NCBI GenBank assembly: GCA_963823655.1
Contig: CAWGMK010000010.1
Span: 192,001-256,000 of the forward strand
Direction: 5' to 3'
Length of the DNA stretch: 64,000 bases
Source: an uncultured Bacillota bacterium
Lineage (GTDB): Bacteria > Bacillota > DTU025 > MWDF01
Position numbers and translations under genes: made by a program. The notes under the pieces were generated by a model. It made no database searches. It saw nothing but the letters and a program-made list of their open reading frames with translations, and was not told the DNA's origin. Positions 20,520-32,308 of this stretch are shown in pieces; positions within the stretch are counted from its first letter, which is position 1; every line of letters starts with the position of its first letter.

Positions 20520-23500
20520 TCAGAACAGGTCGAAATTCAGCGTGTAGCCGGGTATGCTGACGCTGAATTTACCGGTGGCAAGGTCCACATTGCCGCTTAC
20601 AGACTTGGGGTCGATAACAGGGGCATCAACTGTCCCGCTTGCCGTAAGCCTAAGTTCATTAGTGTTCTGTATCCCAACTGATACCGTGGCAGAGACGGAG
20701 AATGTCGGATCCGGCAGAAGAGGTACCGATACCGTGCAGCTCGCGCTGGCCCCCATGCTTCCTGTAAGCGTAATGCCGCTGCTTTTTATAGTGAAATCGC
20801 ATTTTACGCTGTTGCCGCCGAGGCCCAAATATGCAATCCCCTGGATGCCGCCAGTTTTGGTAATGCCGAAGTCGGCGCTTGCAAGCGTAACATTGGACAG
20901 CTTCAGCTTGCCCGTGCCCCTCATCCCATTGGAAGTGTTCAAAGTGAGGATGGCGTCATCAAGGGTCACGCTCTTTCCTCCAGGAAGTGGTATTGCCAGG
21001 TCCTGCTCATACCTGCCGGACGCGCCCGCAGGCGATATCGTAAAGTCGAACTGCGGGCTTACGCCCAGTATTGTTATCTTGCCCTTGCCGGTGATAGTAG
21101 TGCCGGCCATCTTAAGGCTGGATTCGGCAACGTCCCAGTCGCAGACCTTGATATTGCCGGCCGCCGTTGCCTCGAACTTCGTAGGGCTTGCCGCCACCGT
21201 GAACTCAGTGGAAGTCAGCCCGGGGACTGCGAGGTCGAATGTTCCTGTCATTGTGGAGCCGTTGATCTTCAAGTTGGCATCGGCCACATTGAAGCCGAAG
21301 ATGGTGACAGCGCCCAGATAGGTAGCCTCAAACTTGGTAGGCGTTGCGTTTACGGCGTATGAGCTCTGTGCTATTCCCGGCACTGTCATAAGAAGGGTGC
21401 CGGTCACCAATTCATCGGATAAGGTAAGGCCCCCGGAAGCAAGGCTCCATCCGAAGAACGTCGGCCCCTGGACCTGGGCGGATCCGGAGATGTGGCCCGG
21501 CGTGACGGTTACTGCAAACTGCTGCGTAACGGACGGCGTCGTGCCGAGCTTCAGCTTGCTTGTTCCGGTAAACGAAGACGATGAAAAGCTGAGATCTATC
21601 GCGCTTGCGGTCCAGCCCAGCAGCTTTCCTGATGCCAAAGTGGCGGATCCGCTCACCGAGGTGGGAGTCAGGTTCAGATTGACCGAGGCCTTGCTGGCCC
21701 CGGGCAGGTCGACTTTCCCGACGGCGGTAAATGACGCTTCCGTCAACGTGAGCTTAGTCGAGGTGAATGTCCAGCCCAGCATCGTGAAGTCCTGGGTTAC
21801 GGTGCCCGAAAACGTAGTGGGCGTTATGTTGAAGGCGAGGCTTACGCTCGGTCCTGAAGGGATGCTGACCGCAGCGTTTCCGGATATCTTCGTGGAGCTT
21901 ACAGTAAGCGATGAGTTCGTAGATTCCATCCGAACAGGCTGAGGGACTGGCCTATGCCTGCTGAGAAGCTTGTGGCGGTGCCTGACAGGCTGAGCGATAT
22001 CTGTGCGTTCCCCGGTATGCCGACGCTTGCGCTGCCGGCAAATGTTTTATTCGTTATGGATACATCCGCATTCGCAAGCGACCAGGAGCCATATCCAATG
22101 TTGCCTCCGCCGTGGGCGATAAGCTGAAGGTCCTTGGAAATAGCCACATCGAACTTGATGTCCGTCGAAGTGCCGGGCAGCCTCGCATAGGCGACGCCCG
22201 CGATTTGGGTGTTGCCTATGCTTAAGTCCACCTGGGACAGTGTCCATCCCGCTATCCCGAACGACTGGTTGTAGCGCCCGGTGATAATGCCATCAGTGCC
22301 AACACTAATATTCCAGCGCGTGCTGGTGCCGGTCGGCATGACGAGATCGCCCGAGCCCTTAATGCCTGTGTTGTCGATTTTGAAGTCGGCGTTTGCGAAA
22401 GTCCACGGGCCCACTTTGACGGTCTGGGTAGCAGAGCCATAGAACTTGCCTGTGGCAAGGTCAAGGCCTACGGAGTATTGCTGTGAAATCCCCAACAAGC
22501 TGGCAGAGGCTGTGCCCTGGCCGCCGACTTCGAAATCGGGCCCCAGCTTCATATCTATTGCGGCAGTCGCCGGTATGAAAGGAAGGTTGGGCTTCGCGGA
22601 CCAGTGTAGCCCGTCATCGGCTATTGTGCCGGAGGCCACCGTGAAACTGTTACCCGCTATGCTGAAGCCGCCCCTCCAGGTGCCTTTCAATACTTTACCG
22701 GCAGCGTCAGTGCTGAAAGTCGCATCCACCGTGCCTCCGATGGGCAGGTGGAGCTTCCCAGAGCCTACAAGTGCCCCTGTGCCGGCTATTGTGCCCTTAT
22801 AGCCTGTGACTATGAAGCCGGCCACCATAACTTCGTCCGCCGCCTCAACTCGGTTTATCCATCTCAACTATCGACACGTTGAACAGCTTGTGGCTCGTTT
22901 CGATCCCGGCTGAAGCCTCTATTTCGACTATCTCCCCGGGCTCCACCTTTCCTTCGCCCTCGAAGTCGAATACTATGCCAATCGCAGCTTTGCCGTCTTT
23001 GCCGGGCGTGTCGTATTGCTTTCCCGCAAGCACGCAGGGCAGCTCAAGGTCCGTCTCGATGAAAGCTTTGGCTCCCAGGCCGAGCTCGCTTGCGCCCTCA
23101 GCGCCCACTGATACATCGAAACCGGCGCCAAGCTGCATAGTAAATTTGGATTCCTTCTTGAATTCTGAGATGGCGGCCCCCGTAATGCTTGCAAACGCGC
23201 CGCCCGCTTTTGAAAGCAGCGGCCTGAAATTGCCGTCCTTTACGCAGGCTGGCAGCGATTTCAGGAGGTCCATGACCGACTTCGCGCTTGATTTCATGGT
23301 TTCCACCATTGCCTCAAGGGGGAACTTGGCACCGAGGGTAAGTATGGGGATTCCGGGGCTGAGCTCAATTTCAAGGGTGGTTCCTTTGGGTATAACTGAA
23401 GACAGCAGTGTCCAGTCTGGCTCCTTGGCCGACTTGCTTCCGGAAATCCCTTTGGGGGAGATCTGGTCCTGCATGAATATGATAGCCTTGATGCATTCCC

Positions 23501-24920
23501 TGATGAAATCGGGCCTTAAGGCGGTTTGGATGCTCCTGCCGGCGGGAATCTCGGCTTCGAACCCGAACATCCGCATGGCAGTGGAGGAATCGGAGCCGCC
23601 ATCTTCGCCGAGCGCATCCAGGCCCAGTTCAAGCGTGATTTTAGAATCTGAAGAGGCGGTTATCGCCTTTCTGAAGACGCCTTCCGCAAGCTTGATGCAG
23701 ATGGGATCGAGTGCCTTTATTAGTTCTGCCATCGCCTTGGCATTATTGAACGCCCCGGCACTTGCGAACTTATGAATTAAGGGAAGAGCCTCAGTACCTG
23801 CAGATATCATATCCGATATCATGCCTGCGGAAAACTTCACGGCATCGCCCAGAGGGACCATCATCCCCAAACCTGCTTTCAGGGTGCCAGCCGTTGCAGA
23901 AGTATCGGCCAAGCCTGCTCCTGCCTTTGCTGACAGTTCCACTTGGACGCCAATCTCGCCCAGATCATCGCCCGATCTCGAGATGATATCGACTAATGCC
24001 CTCAAGCCGGCGTAGAGCATCGAGGCTGCCTGCCTCGCATCAGGGTTTCTTCTCCATCCCGGAGGCGCCCTGCGCATCGCCTGCATGGCGGGTTTGGCAT
24101 ATGCCCAGGCCTTGTGCGGCTCAGTTTCGAAACAGAGCTTGCCCTCAAGCTCAGCTTCGGCCATCAACACATCGTCGAAAGTCGCTTCTATGCCCAGGCC
24201 TATCTCGCACTTCACTTTGGTTGGTACAAGGTCAAGGGCGCTGAGGTCGACCTGGAACATCTGGCCTCCGATGTCTACCAGGGAGGATGCCCTTATCATG
24301 GGAAGCCCTCCCGCCAGGGGCACTCTGGCCTGGAAGCTGGTGAAAGGCCCGCTGGTTATATCAATGAATGCATAGGGCAAGCCCGGCGTAGGGTTGGAAA
24401 GCCTTCCCTTTCCGTAGGAGCATAAAGGGTCAGCGTTTGAGACGCCAACTACAAGGCGGTTTCGCCCCTGCCTTGCAATCGCCATTATCGAAAGGTCGGT
24501 CCCGTGCTTGATGGCCTCGATCCTGCCGCCGCCGAAGCTCCAGCCCAGTTCCACATCAGGAAGGCCGGATATGGCGGAGCGTACTTTATCGAAAATGATT
24601 TTCGCCTTGTCCCCTGTGAAGGCGACCATTGCTTGAGCCATCTGGCTCATATCCTTAGCAGTGTTGCCCAGGTCCTCTTGCAGGCGGAATTCAAGAGGTG
24701 CCTTGAACCTGTTCAATATGCTGAAAGAACCGGAAGCCGCCTGCGACAGTACGGATTTCGCAATGTCGACGGCCTTTAAGATTCCGGATGAATCAACGAA
24801 ATCCATAATGTCGGACTTGAAGTCCTGGTCTGCATAGGCTGTGCCGGCCGGGATGGTGAACGAAGCTAGCATGAGAGAGGCCAAAACCAAAAACGCCAAC
24901 CTGCGGGCCGTATGTGCCAT
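20520..24920 (-). CDS. Large secreted hypothetical protein (~1,460 aa) with tandem beta-strand repeats; frameshifts near 22850 and 21920
   Basis: ORFs 22845..24920, 21899..22867 and 20520..21929 join by single indels; signal peptide ending AYA; ~52-aa GW-containing repeats continue across the second junction. Confidence 0.75.
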
Positions 24921-25084
24921 GAAGGTATGCCCCCATTCATATGCATCGGCAACTGTTCTTAACGCAGATAGTTCTATAAATAAACGAAATGTCCTTTGGC
25001 AAATACAAAAAGAAGGACGGAAACTAGCAGGTCAGGGGCTAAGCCCCGTCGAAAATTGACATATCAACACAAGGAGGGTCAAGA

Positions 25085-25897
25085 ATGAAAACTACCCGCA
25101 TCATCTTAGCCATGTCGCTGCTGCTCACACTTACCATGCTGACCGGATGCGCCCTTTTGGGCTTCTCCAGGGTCGACAACTTCGTAACTGAACCCACGCT
25201 GAGCTGGCGAGGAGGTTCCAGTCTGAGGCCAGGGCAGGAGGAGGGGATGGCGACAGGCTTCCATTTCGTCCCCTATAAGGGCCTTGCGCTTCACAACTAT
25301 GAGGTGCTGGCACCGCTTGCCTTCGTCGACGACTTCATATTCTCCATGGAGTTCGAGCTGGACTGCAAGCCGTCGGGCGCCGACGACGAGCACTGGAACG
25401 GTTTCTATGTCTTCATGATAAACATTATGAAAGTGCCCTGCCTGGGAGATGACTACGCTATGCCTGCGGCCTGTCCGCCTCCTACCGATCTCGGCTTCTT
25501 CTTCCTGAGGAACAACCCGGTTGAAAAGCCTACCGAACCTCACCTGGCGGTGCTGTTCAAGGACCAGACCATAGTTGAGCGTACAATGGATACGGGCACG
25601 ATCATGGATGGGAGAAATGTGCTGACTTTGAGCAGGCTGGGCGACGCCATTATGCTCAAGATCAACGACAGGGTATATCAGAAATTCTACCTAGAGCTGG
25701 AGCCGGGCGACCTTGTAACAGTCAGTGTGACTGCAGACAGCGGCCACTACGAATCTGAGCTTCCCCCGGACGACGAGGGGAATATCAGGATGCCGTCAGA
25801 CGTCATGTACTTCAGGAAATTCATACTGAAGGGCTTGAAGGGCAGCAGCTATTATGTGCCCGAGTCCTTCTACTTCGAGCACCTCAACGAGCTGTAG
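25085..25897 (+). CDS. Hypothetical lipoprotein, possible ConA-like beta-sandwich
   Basis: AGGAGG RBS, lipobox LTGC, strand pattern FIFSMEFEL / NVLTLSRLGDAIMLKIND / MYFRKFIL. Confidence 0.65.
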   Translation: MKTTRIILAMSLLLTLTMLTGCALLGFSRVDNFVTEPTLSWRGGSSLRPGQEEGMATGFHFVPYKGLALHNYEVLAPLAFVDDFIFSMEFELDCKPSGADDEHWNGFYVFMINIMKVPCLGDDYAMPAACPPPTDLGFFFLRNNPVEKPTEPHLAVLFKDQTIVERTMDTGTIMDGRNVLTLSRLGDAIMLKINDRVYQKFYLELEPGDLVTVSVTADSGHYESELPPDDEGNIRMPSDVMYFRKFILKGLKGSSYYVPESFYFEHLNEL

Positions 25898-25914
25898 GAA
25901 TACTAGGCCATGAA

Positions 25915-25950
25915 AAAGGAGCCGTCGAAAGGCGGCTCCTTTAGTTTTTT
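25915..25950. terminator. Bidirectional terminator
   Basis: aaaggagccgtc-gaaa-ggcggctccttt followed by a T-rich tract. Confidence 0.75.
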
Positions 25951-25965
25951 CGGGCGTTGCTGTCC

Positions 25966-26469
25966 CTAGAACCTGAACCCTATGGATCCTTTCGCGAAGA
26001 ACCAGCCCTCGCTAACAGGGGATGGGTATAGGAATACCGTAACGAACTCGTAACCGGCCTCGGCCGCAAGCCTGAGGTTTCCGGGGGTTATCTCGATACC
26101 TGCCGTCGCGTGCATGTTAAAGGCGATATTGGCGCTTATAGCTGCCGGTTCCGGCGGATAGATTACAAGAAGGGCGCCGGGGGCAAGGCTGATGTACGGC
26201 TTAAGGCGGGGGAAAAGGTCGAAATAATAACGCAGCAGCGCATTGGCCCTTATGGGCAAAGGTGCAACGGCGCTGTAGAAGGCTTTGCTGTTGAATGTGC
26301 TCAATTCCAGCCCTAGTCCGAAGTTGCCGAGCCTCTTCTCATATTCCAGGCCGACCAGGGTGGAGCCGTAGGACCCTGTCAGGCTGAGCGTGTTGCCTGT
26401 CGCCATGACCGCAGGCGCAAAAGAGAGCAGAAATAGTATGACCACCGCTGCCAAGATGCGTTTCTTCAT
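25966..26469 (-). CDS. Small secreted protein with outer-membrane beta-barrel-like pattern
   Basis: GGAGG + ATG 26469, signal peptide MKKRILAAVV...VMA, alternating-hydrophobic strands, C-terminus AKGSIGFRF. Confidence 0.6.
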   Translation of the reverse strand: MKKRILAAVVILFLLSFAPAVMATGNTLSLTGSYGSTLVGLEYEKRLGNFGLGLELSTFNSKAFYSAVAPLPIRANALLRYYFDLFPRLKPYISLAPGALLVIYPPEPAAISANIAFNMHATAGIEITPGNLRLAAEAGYEFVTVFLYPSPVSEGWFFAKGSIGFRF

Positions 26470-26678
26470 CGTGTTCCTCCTGCATTTCCTGATGATACTT
26501 TCACAGTGCCGAGGATAACAATTCAACGGCTGATTTTTAAATCCTTTAAAATTCACTCGTCGCACCCTTATTAATGCCTTGCGGCCGATTTTTCTGAGGC
26601 CCATCCGAGAGAAGGGTTGCTCCCCTTGGCATCGAAAGCTACATTAATAGTAAGCAAAGTTCGCAAGGAGGCGAAAGC

Positions 26679-27065
26679 ATGGAAGATAACGGGAATACTC
26701 CGAAGACCATAGATGAGTACATCGCGCAATGCCCGCCGGAGCTGCAGAAGACGTTGCAACAGCTTAGAAAGGCAATAAAGAGGGCGGCACCGGAGGCTGA
26801 GGAGAAGATCAGCTGGCAGATGCCCACTTTCTATCTGCACGGCAACCTTGTCCATTTCGCAGCGCATAAAAACCACATCGGCTTCTACCCGGCACCTACT
26901 GGAATCGAAACCTTCAAGCAAAGGCTAGCCCAATACAAGTCATCCAAGGGCGCGGTACAGTTTCCAATCGACAAGCCGCTACCTATCGAGCTTATAGAGG
27001 AAATGGTGGCATTCCGGGCTGCGGAGAACATAAAAGAGCACGAAGCGAAGACTAAGAAGAAGTGA
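26679..27065 (+). CDS. DUF1801/YdhG-like protein
   Basis: TIDEYI, EKISWQMPTF, HIGFYP, SKGAVQFP. Confidence 0.85.
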   Translation: MEDNGNTPKTIDEYIAQCPPELQKTLQQLRKAIKRAAPEAEEKISWQMPTFYLHGNLVHFAAHKNHIGFYPAPTGIETFKQRLAQYKSSKGAVQFPIDKPLPIELIEEMVAFRAAENIKEHEAKTKKK

Positions 27066-27124
27066 GGCCCTGCAACTGACCGACTGAAATCTTGGTGCCG
27101 GTTTGTAACACACAAGCGCAAGAA

Positions 27125-27155
27125 ATGGCCTCCGGTTTTGATTTCCGGAGGCCAT
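27125..27155. terminator. Hairpin between convergent genes
   Basis: atggcctccgg / ccggaggccat inverted repeat. Confidence 0.65.
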
Positions 27156-27189
27156 GATAATTATCGGGGCAATTTCACTTCAAACCGGG

Positions 27190-27597
27190 TTAATCCCTCT
27201 GCGATAGCTCTATAAGGACCCCTCCGGTAGCTTTGGGGTGGATGAAGGCGATCTTCGCGCCGCCAGCTCCGTATCTTGGTACCTGGTCGATGAGGGGTAC
27301 GCCTGCCGCCTTGAGAGATTCCAACGCTTCTACAATGTTGTCTACCCTGAATGCCAGGTGCTGTATGCCGCCTCTTCCGCCGTTCTTCTCTATGAACTTG
27401 GCGATGGGCCCCTCAGGATCGGTCGATTCCAGCAGCTCGACTTCCGTATCACCGACGGGGAAGAAGCCAACTCGAACTTTCTGCTCCGCCACTTCCTCCG
27501 TGCCGGCGAGCTTAAGCCCCAGGGCCTCATACATCTTGGCGCCCTCTTTAAGCCCGGTGACCGCAACTCCGATATGGTCCAGTTTCAAAACCTTCAC
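27190..27597 (-). CDS. mce: Methylmalonyl-CoA epimerase
   Basis: DHIGVAV, VELLE, GIQHLAF, AFIHPKATGGVLIEL. Confidence 0.95.
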   Translation of the reverse strand: MKVLKLDHIGVAVTGLKEGAKMYEALGLKLAGTEEVAEQKVRVGFFPVGDTEVELLESTDPEGPIAKFIEKNGGRGGIQHLAFRVDNIVEALESLKAAGVPLIDQVPRYGAGGAKIAFIHPKATGGVLIELSQRD

Positions 27598-27599
27598 AG

Positions 27600-28574
27600 T
27601 TATTCCCCCTTATCGATTACTGCCTCGAAAAGGCTGTGTGCCGCCTCGAAGGGCGTTGCCTGCCTCTCTGCTACTTTCAAATACTGCCCCTGGGCCGTCT
27701 TTCCGCCCTCGCCCTCCGAGCTCAGCTTCTTCATCAGCCGGTCAGCAAGTATCCTGGAGACTACAAGTTCCGCATGCCTGAAGCGGCGCTTGGCCAGGAG
27801 CCCCGTCTGGGCCAGCCACGCATAGTAATCGTCCACTTCGGCCACCAGCTCGTCCACGCCCTCGGAGGTCTCTGCGTTGGTCATCAGCACCTTCGGCCTT
27901 CTGGAAAGAGCGTAGCCCAGATCAAGAGCATATTCGATCTCGGCTTTGGTCCTGTCCGCGCCGGGGCGGTCCATCTTGTTGACGACGAAGACGTCGCCAA
28001 TTTCCATGATGCCCGCCTTGATGATCTGGATGTCGTCTCCAAGGCCCGGCACATTCAAAAGGACGACCATATCCGACAGCGAAGAGATCTCGATTTCGGA
28101 TTGGCCGACGCCTACGGTCTCCACAAGCACATATTCGTATCCCGCGGCATCAAGGACGTCGACGGCCGCGGCCGTCCCCCTGGATAGCCCGCCAAGATGG
28201 CCCCTGGTCCCCATGCTCCGGATGAATACTCCGGAGTCCGCGTTATGCCTTTGCATGCGCACCCTGTCGCCAAGCACCGCGCCGCCCGTGAACGGGGAGG
28301 TGGGGTCCACAGCGATGATGCCCACCTTGTGGCCGGCCTCCCTCAGCTTGAGCGCGAACTTGTCCACGAGGGTGCTCTTCCCGCCCCCGGGAGGCCCGGT
28401 AATGCCGATGACCTTAGCATGCCCCGTCTTGGGGTAGAACAGGGAATAGGCAAGCTCGTAACCCGGTGCTTCGTTCTCTACAAGGCTGATGAGCCTGGAG
28501 ACCGAGCGCACATCGCCTTTTAGCGCGCCGTCTACAAGCTCCCTGGCCCTTTTCTCGTTATCGGCTGAAGACAT
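27600..28574 (-). CDS. meaB: Methylmalonyl-CoA mutase-associated GTPase
   Basis: GITGPPGGGKST, AVDPTSP, LGDRVRM, ETVGVGQSE, NKMD. Confidence 0.95.
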   Translation of the reverse strand: MSSADNEKRARELVDGALKGDVRSVSRLISLVENEAPGYELAYSLFYPKTGHAKVIGITGPPGGGKSTLVDKFALKLREAGHKVGIIAVDPTSPFTGGAVLGDRVRMQRHNADSGVFIRSMGTRGHLGGLSRGTAAAVDVLDAAGYEYVLVETVGVGQSEIEISSLSDMVVLLNVPGLGDDIQIIKAGIMEIGDVFVVNKMDRPGADRTKAEIEYALDLGYALSRRPKVLMTNAETSEGVDELVAEVDDYYAWLAQTGLLAKRRFRHAELVVSRILADRLMKKLSSEGEGGKTAQGQYLKVAERQATPFEAAHSLFEAVIDKGE

Positions 28575-28575
28575 A

Positions 28576-28974
28576 TTACTTCCTCTTGATATTTGTACGT
28601 ATGAACTCGGCAGTGGTCGTCGTCGGCGTGCCGGGGGTGAACACTGCGGCAATGCCTCCTGCTATAAGGCCCGGGATGTCCTCGTCCGGAATGACGCCGC
28701 CGCCTACCACAAGCACATCGTCGGCGCCTTTGGCCCTGAGAAGCTCCACTACCTTGGGGAACAGGTGGTTGTGGGCGCCGGAGAGTATGGACAATGCTAC
28801 ACAGTCCACGTCCTCCTGAACCGCGGCGTTTACTATTTGTTCTGGCGTCTGCCTGAGGCCAGTATAGATTACTTCCATGCCGGCATCCCTTAGGGCGCGC
28901 GCTACTACTTTCGCCCCTCTGTCATGGCCGTCGAGGCCCGGCTTGGCTACAAGCACCCTGATCTTCCTATCCAT
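28576..28974 (-). CDS. Methylmalonyl-CoA mutase B12-binding subunit
   Basis: [22 protein letters not shown]. Confidence 0.95.
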   Translation of the reverse strand: MDRKIRVLVAKPGLDGHDRGAKVVARALRDAGMEVIYTGLRQTPEQIVNAAVQEDVDCVALSILSGAHNHLFPKVVELLRAKGADDVLVVGGGVIPDEDIPGLIAGGIAAVFTPGTPTTTTAEFIRTNIKRK

Positions 28975-28988
28975 TCTCAAGAGCCTCC

Positions 28989-30657
28989 TTACATGCCCGC
29001 CGGCTTATATTCGCCGAAGACTTTCCTCATTACGTCGCTTATCTCGCCCAAAGTCGCATATTCCTTTACCGCGGCTAGTATCGGAGGCATCAGGTTGTCT
29101 GTGCCCACCGCCGCAGCCTCAAGGTCCTTCAGCGCCTGGCTAACAGCCCTATTGTCCCTCTTCGATTTGACTGCCGCGATCTTCGCGCACTGTGCCCTTC
29201 CGACCGCCTCGTCGACTCTCAGAAGGCCCTTGGGGGAGCCCTCCTTGATCTGGAACTTGTTGAGCCCGACGACTACCCTGTCGCCGCTTTCGATGGACAT
29301 CTGGTACTTGTAGGCGGAATCTTCGATCTCGCGCTGTATGAAGCCCTGTTCTATGGCCCTTACGGCGCCGCCGATCTCATCGATGCGCTTAATGTAGTCC
29401 GCGGCCTGTTTCTCCATCTCATCGCACAGGGACTCTACATAGTAGCTTCCAGCCAGCGGGTCGACAGTCTCGCAGACGCCGCTTTCATAGGCGATGATCT
29501 GCTGCGTCTTAAGTGCGATGCGCACGGACTCCTCGGTGGGCAGCGCAAGCGCCTCGTCCTTGGAGTTGGTGTGCAGCGACTGCGTGCCGCCCAAAACCGC
29601 GGCAAGCGCCTGCAGGGTGACCCTGACGATGTTGTTGTCGGGCTGCTGGGCGGTGAGCGTGCATCCTGCCGTCTGGGTATGGAATCTCAGCATCAGGGAG
29701 CGGGGGTTCTTCGCCCCGAACCTGTCTCGCATGATCTTGCCCCAGAGGCGCCTGGCCGCCCTGAACTTGGCGACCTCCTCCAGGAAGTCGTTATGGCTGT
29801 TGAAGAAGAACGAAAGCCTGGGGGCGAAGTCGTCTACATTGAGCCCCGCCTTTACTCGCAGCCTCTACATAGGCGATGCCGTCGGCCAGCGTGAATGCCA
29901 CTTCCTGTACTGCGGTGGAGCCCGCCTCCCTAATGTGGTAGCCGGATATCGATATCGTGTTCCACTTGGGGACATTGTCCTTGCAGTAGGCGAATATGTC
30001 GGTGATGAGCCTCATCGAGGGCTGCGGCGGGTATATGTAGGTGCCGCGGGCCGCATATTCCTTGAGGATGTCGTTTTGTATCGTGCCGTCCAGCTCACAG
30101 GAGGGTACGCCCTGCTTCTCGCCCACTGCGATGTACATTGCGAGAAGCACTGCGGCGGGGGCGTTAATGGTCATGGATGTCGAGACTTTATCAAGGGGTA
30201 TGCCGTTGAAAAGAGTCTCCATGTCGGCCAGGGAATCGATGGCGACTCCCACTTTGCCGACCTCACCGGCAGACAGCTCGTGATCGGAATCGTAACCTAT
30301 CTGGGTGGGAAGGTCGAAGGCCACTGAAAGGCCGGTCTGGCCGGATTCCAGGAGCATCTTGTAGCGCTTGTTGGACTCTTCGGCCGATGCGAAGCCCGCA
30401 TACTGCCTCATCGTCCAGAACCTTCCGCGGTACATCGTCGGCTGCACGCCCCTGGTGAACGGGAATTCGCCGGGGAAGCCGAGCTGCTCGCCGTAATCCT
30501 TGCCTTCCAAGTCAACCGGAGTGTAGAGGGGCTTTACTTTGATGCCCGAGCCCGTCTCGAAACTGTCGCGCCTTTCCTTGCGCTTAGGGTCCGCGACCGA
30601 GGGCTCGTACACCTTCTCATACCACCTCTGGGTCGTCTCCTTGACCTGATCTTTCAA
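28989..30657 (-). CDS. Methylmalonyl-CoA mutase catalytic subunit; frameshift near 29856
   Basis: [40 protein letters not shown]; removing one base restores [19 protein letters not shown]. Confidence 0.95.
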
Positions 30658-30868
30658 TATTTACACCCCCATGCATGTTTCTGGCAACATAAATATATTT
30701 TATCACAAATAACGGAAATTCCTGCATATTGAGGAGTACAAAGGGTCCGAAAAGAGGGCGGGGCGGCTGCTTTCCACCGGGTCGTTATGCGCGGGTGCAT
30801 GAGCAGGAATCCGAGCACCGGGGGTTATAATATTCCTAGGTAGAAGCGGGCGGAAGGGGTGTTGCCGG

Positions 30869-32308
30869 ATGATCGTGACGAACAATGCCGCGGTACTGAA
30901 AAGCCAGCTCATGCTGAAAGTCGCGGAGGCGGTGCTGGACGGGGAGCTGGTCGAGAAGGTAGACAGCATACCTGTCGGCATAAGGCCGAGGGGCCAGGCG
31001 TCCACGAGGTGCTGCATCTGGAGGGACAGGGCGATAATAAGATACAGGCTGATTGCCATCCTCGGGGGCAGGATCGAAGACGAGACCGACGAGATAAAGC
31101 CTCTTTCCGAATACGCGGCGGAGGCCCTTTCGAGGAAGTCGCCGGAAAAGCCGATACTCACCGTGCTTGATGAAATCATGCACTGCCTGCATAGAGGCCA
31201 ACTACTTCGTGACCAATGCGTGCAAGGGATGCCTTGCGAGGCCATGCACTATGCACTGCCCCAGCGATGCAATCCTGATTGAGGGGGAAAGCGCCCGTAT
31301 AATCCCCGAGAAGTGCACCAACTGCGGCAAGTGCCAGCAGGTCTGCCCGTACCACGCCATAATCTATGTGCCGGTGCCCTGCCAGGAGGCATGCCCGGTG
31401 GACTGCATACATAAAAACGATGAGGGCAAGATATACATAGACTTCGACAGCTGCATAATGTGCGGAAAATGCGTGAGGGCATGCCCGTTCAGTGCGGTCA
31501 TGGACCGATCGCAGATGGTGGATGTGCTCATAAGGCTCGGAAAAGCGCGAGATGAACGCGCTGCTGGCACCGGCAGTGGCGGGCCAGTTCGACGCCGAGA
31601 TCGAGCAGATTGTAGAGGCGGCCCATAAGCTGGGATTTACCAGGGTAATCGAAGTGGCATCCGGCGCTGACGAAGTGGCTTTGCACGAGGCGGAGGAGTT
31701 CAAGGTCAGGATGGGCAGGGGAGAGCCTTTCATGACCACCTCTTGCTGCTATGCATACACGGAGACGGTAAGAAAGCACATACCCGATCTGAAACGCTTC
31801 GTGGCATCCACGAAGACCCCCCTGGCCATAACTGCCGAGCGGGCCAGGGCGGAGCATCCGGGCGCGCTCAATGTCTTCATAGGCCCGTGCATAGCAAAGA
31901 AGCAGGAGGGCATGGACAACGACGATATCGACTATGTGCTGACTTTCGAGGAGTTCTCCACCATGCTAGACGCCCTGCGCATAGTCCCTGCAGAGCTGGC
32001 AGGAGAGGTGGCCAGCCATGAGGCAGGCTCACTCGGCAGGGGCTTTCCCGGTAACGGGCGGACTTTACAGGGCGATATCACACAGGTGCCCCGAATTGCT
32101 GAAGGAGCAGACCTCAAGGGTCGAGACGCTGGACGCGAAGACATTGAGGCTATTGAAGGCGCTGCCGAGGATGAAGACGCCCCCGTGCAACCTGATAGAG
32201 GTGATGTCGTGCAAGCACGGCTGCGTGGGAGGGCCTGCCGTAATCGCCGAGGAGGCGGTGGCGGGCAACAGGGTCGGCAAGCTGGTGAACAGGAGCAAAG
32301 TCAAATAG
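30869..32308 (+). CDS. Monomeric [FeFe]-hydrogenase with ferredoxin domains; frameshifts near 31174, 31542 and 32047
   Basis: CxxCxxCxxxCP motifs; H-cluster motifs TSCC, GPCIAKKQE, EVMSCKHGCVGGP spread over four ORFs joined at homopolymers. Confidence 0.88.

Noticed and set aside
30658-30868. Cobalamin riboswitch upstream of the mutase
   Set aside because: No B12-box or GGGAA...GCCACUG elements, and a -10 element lies close to the start
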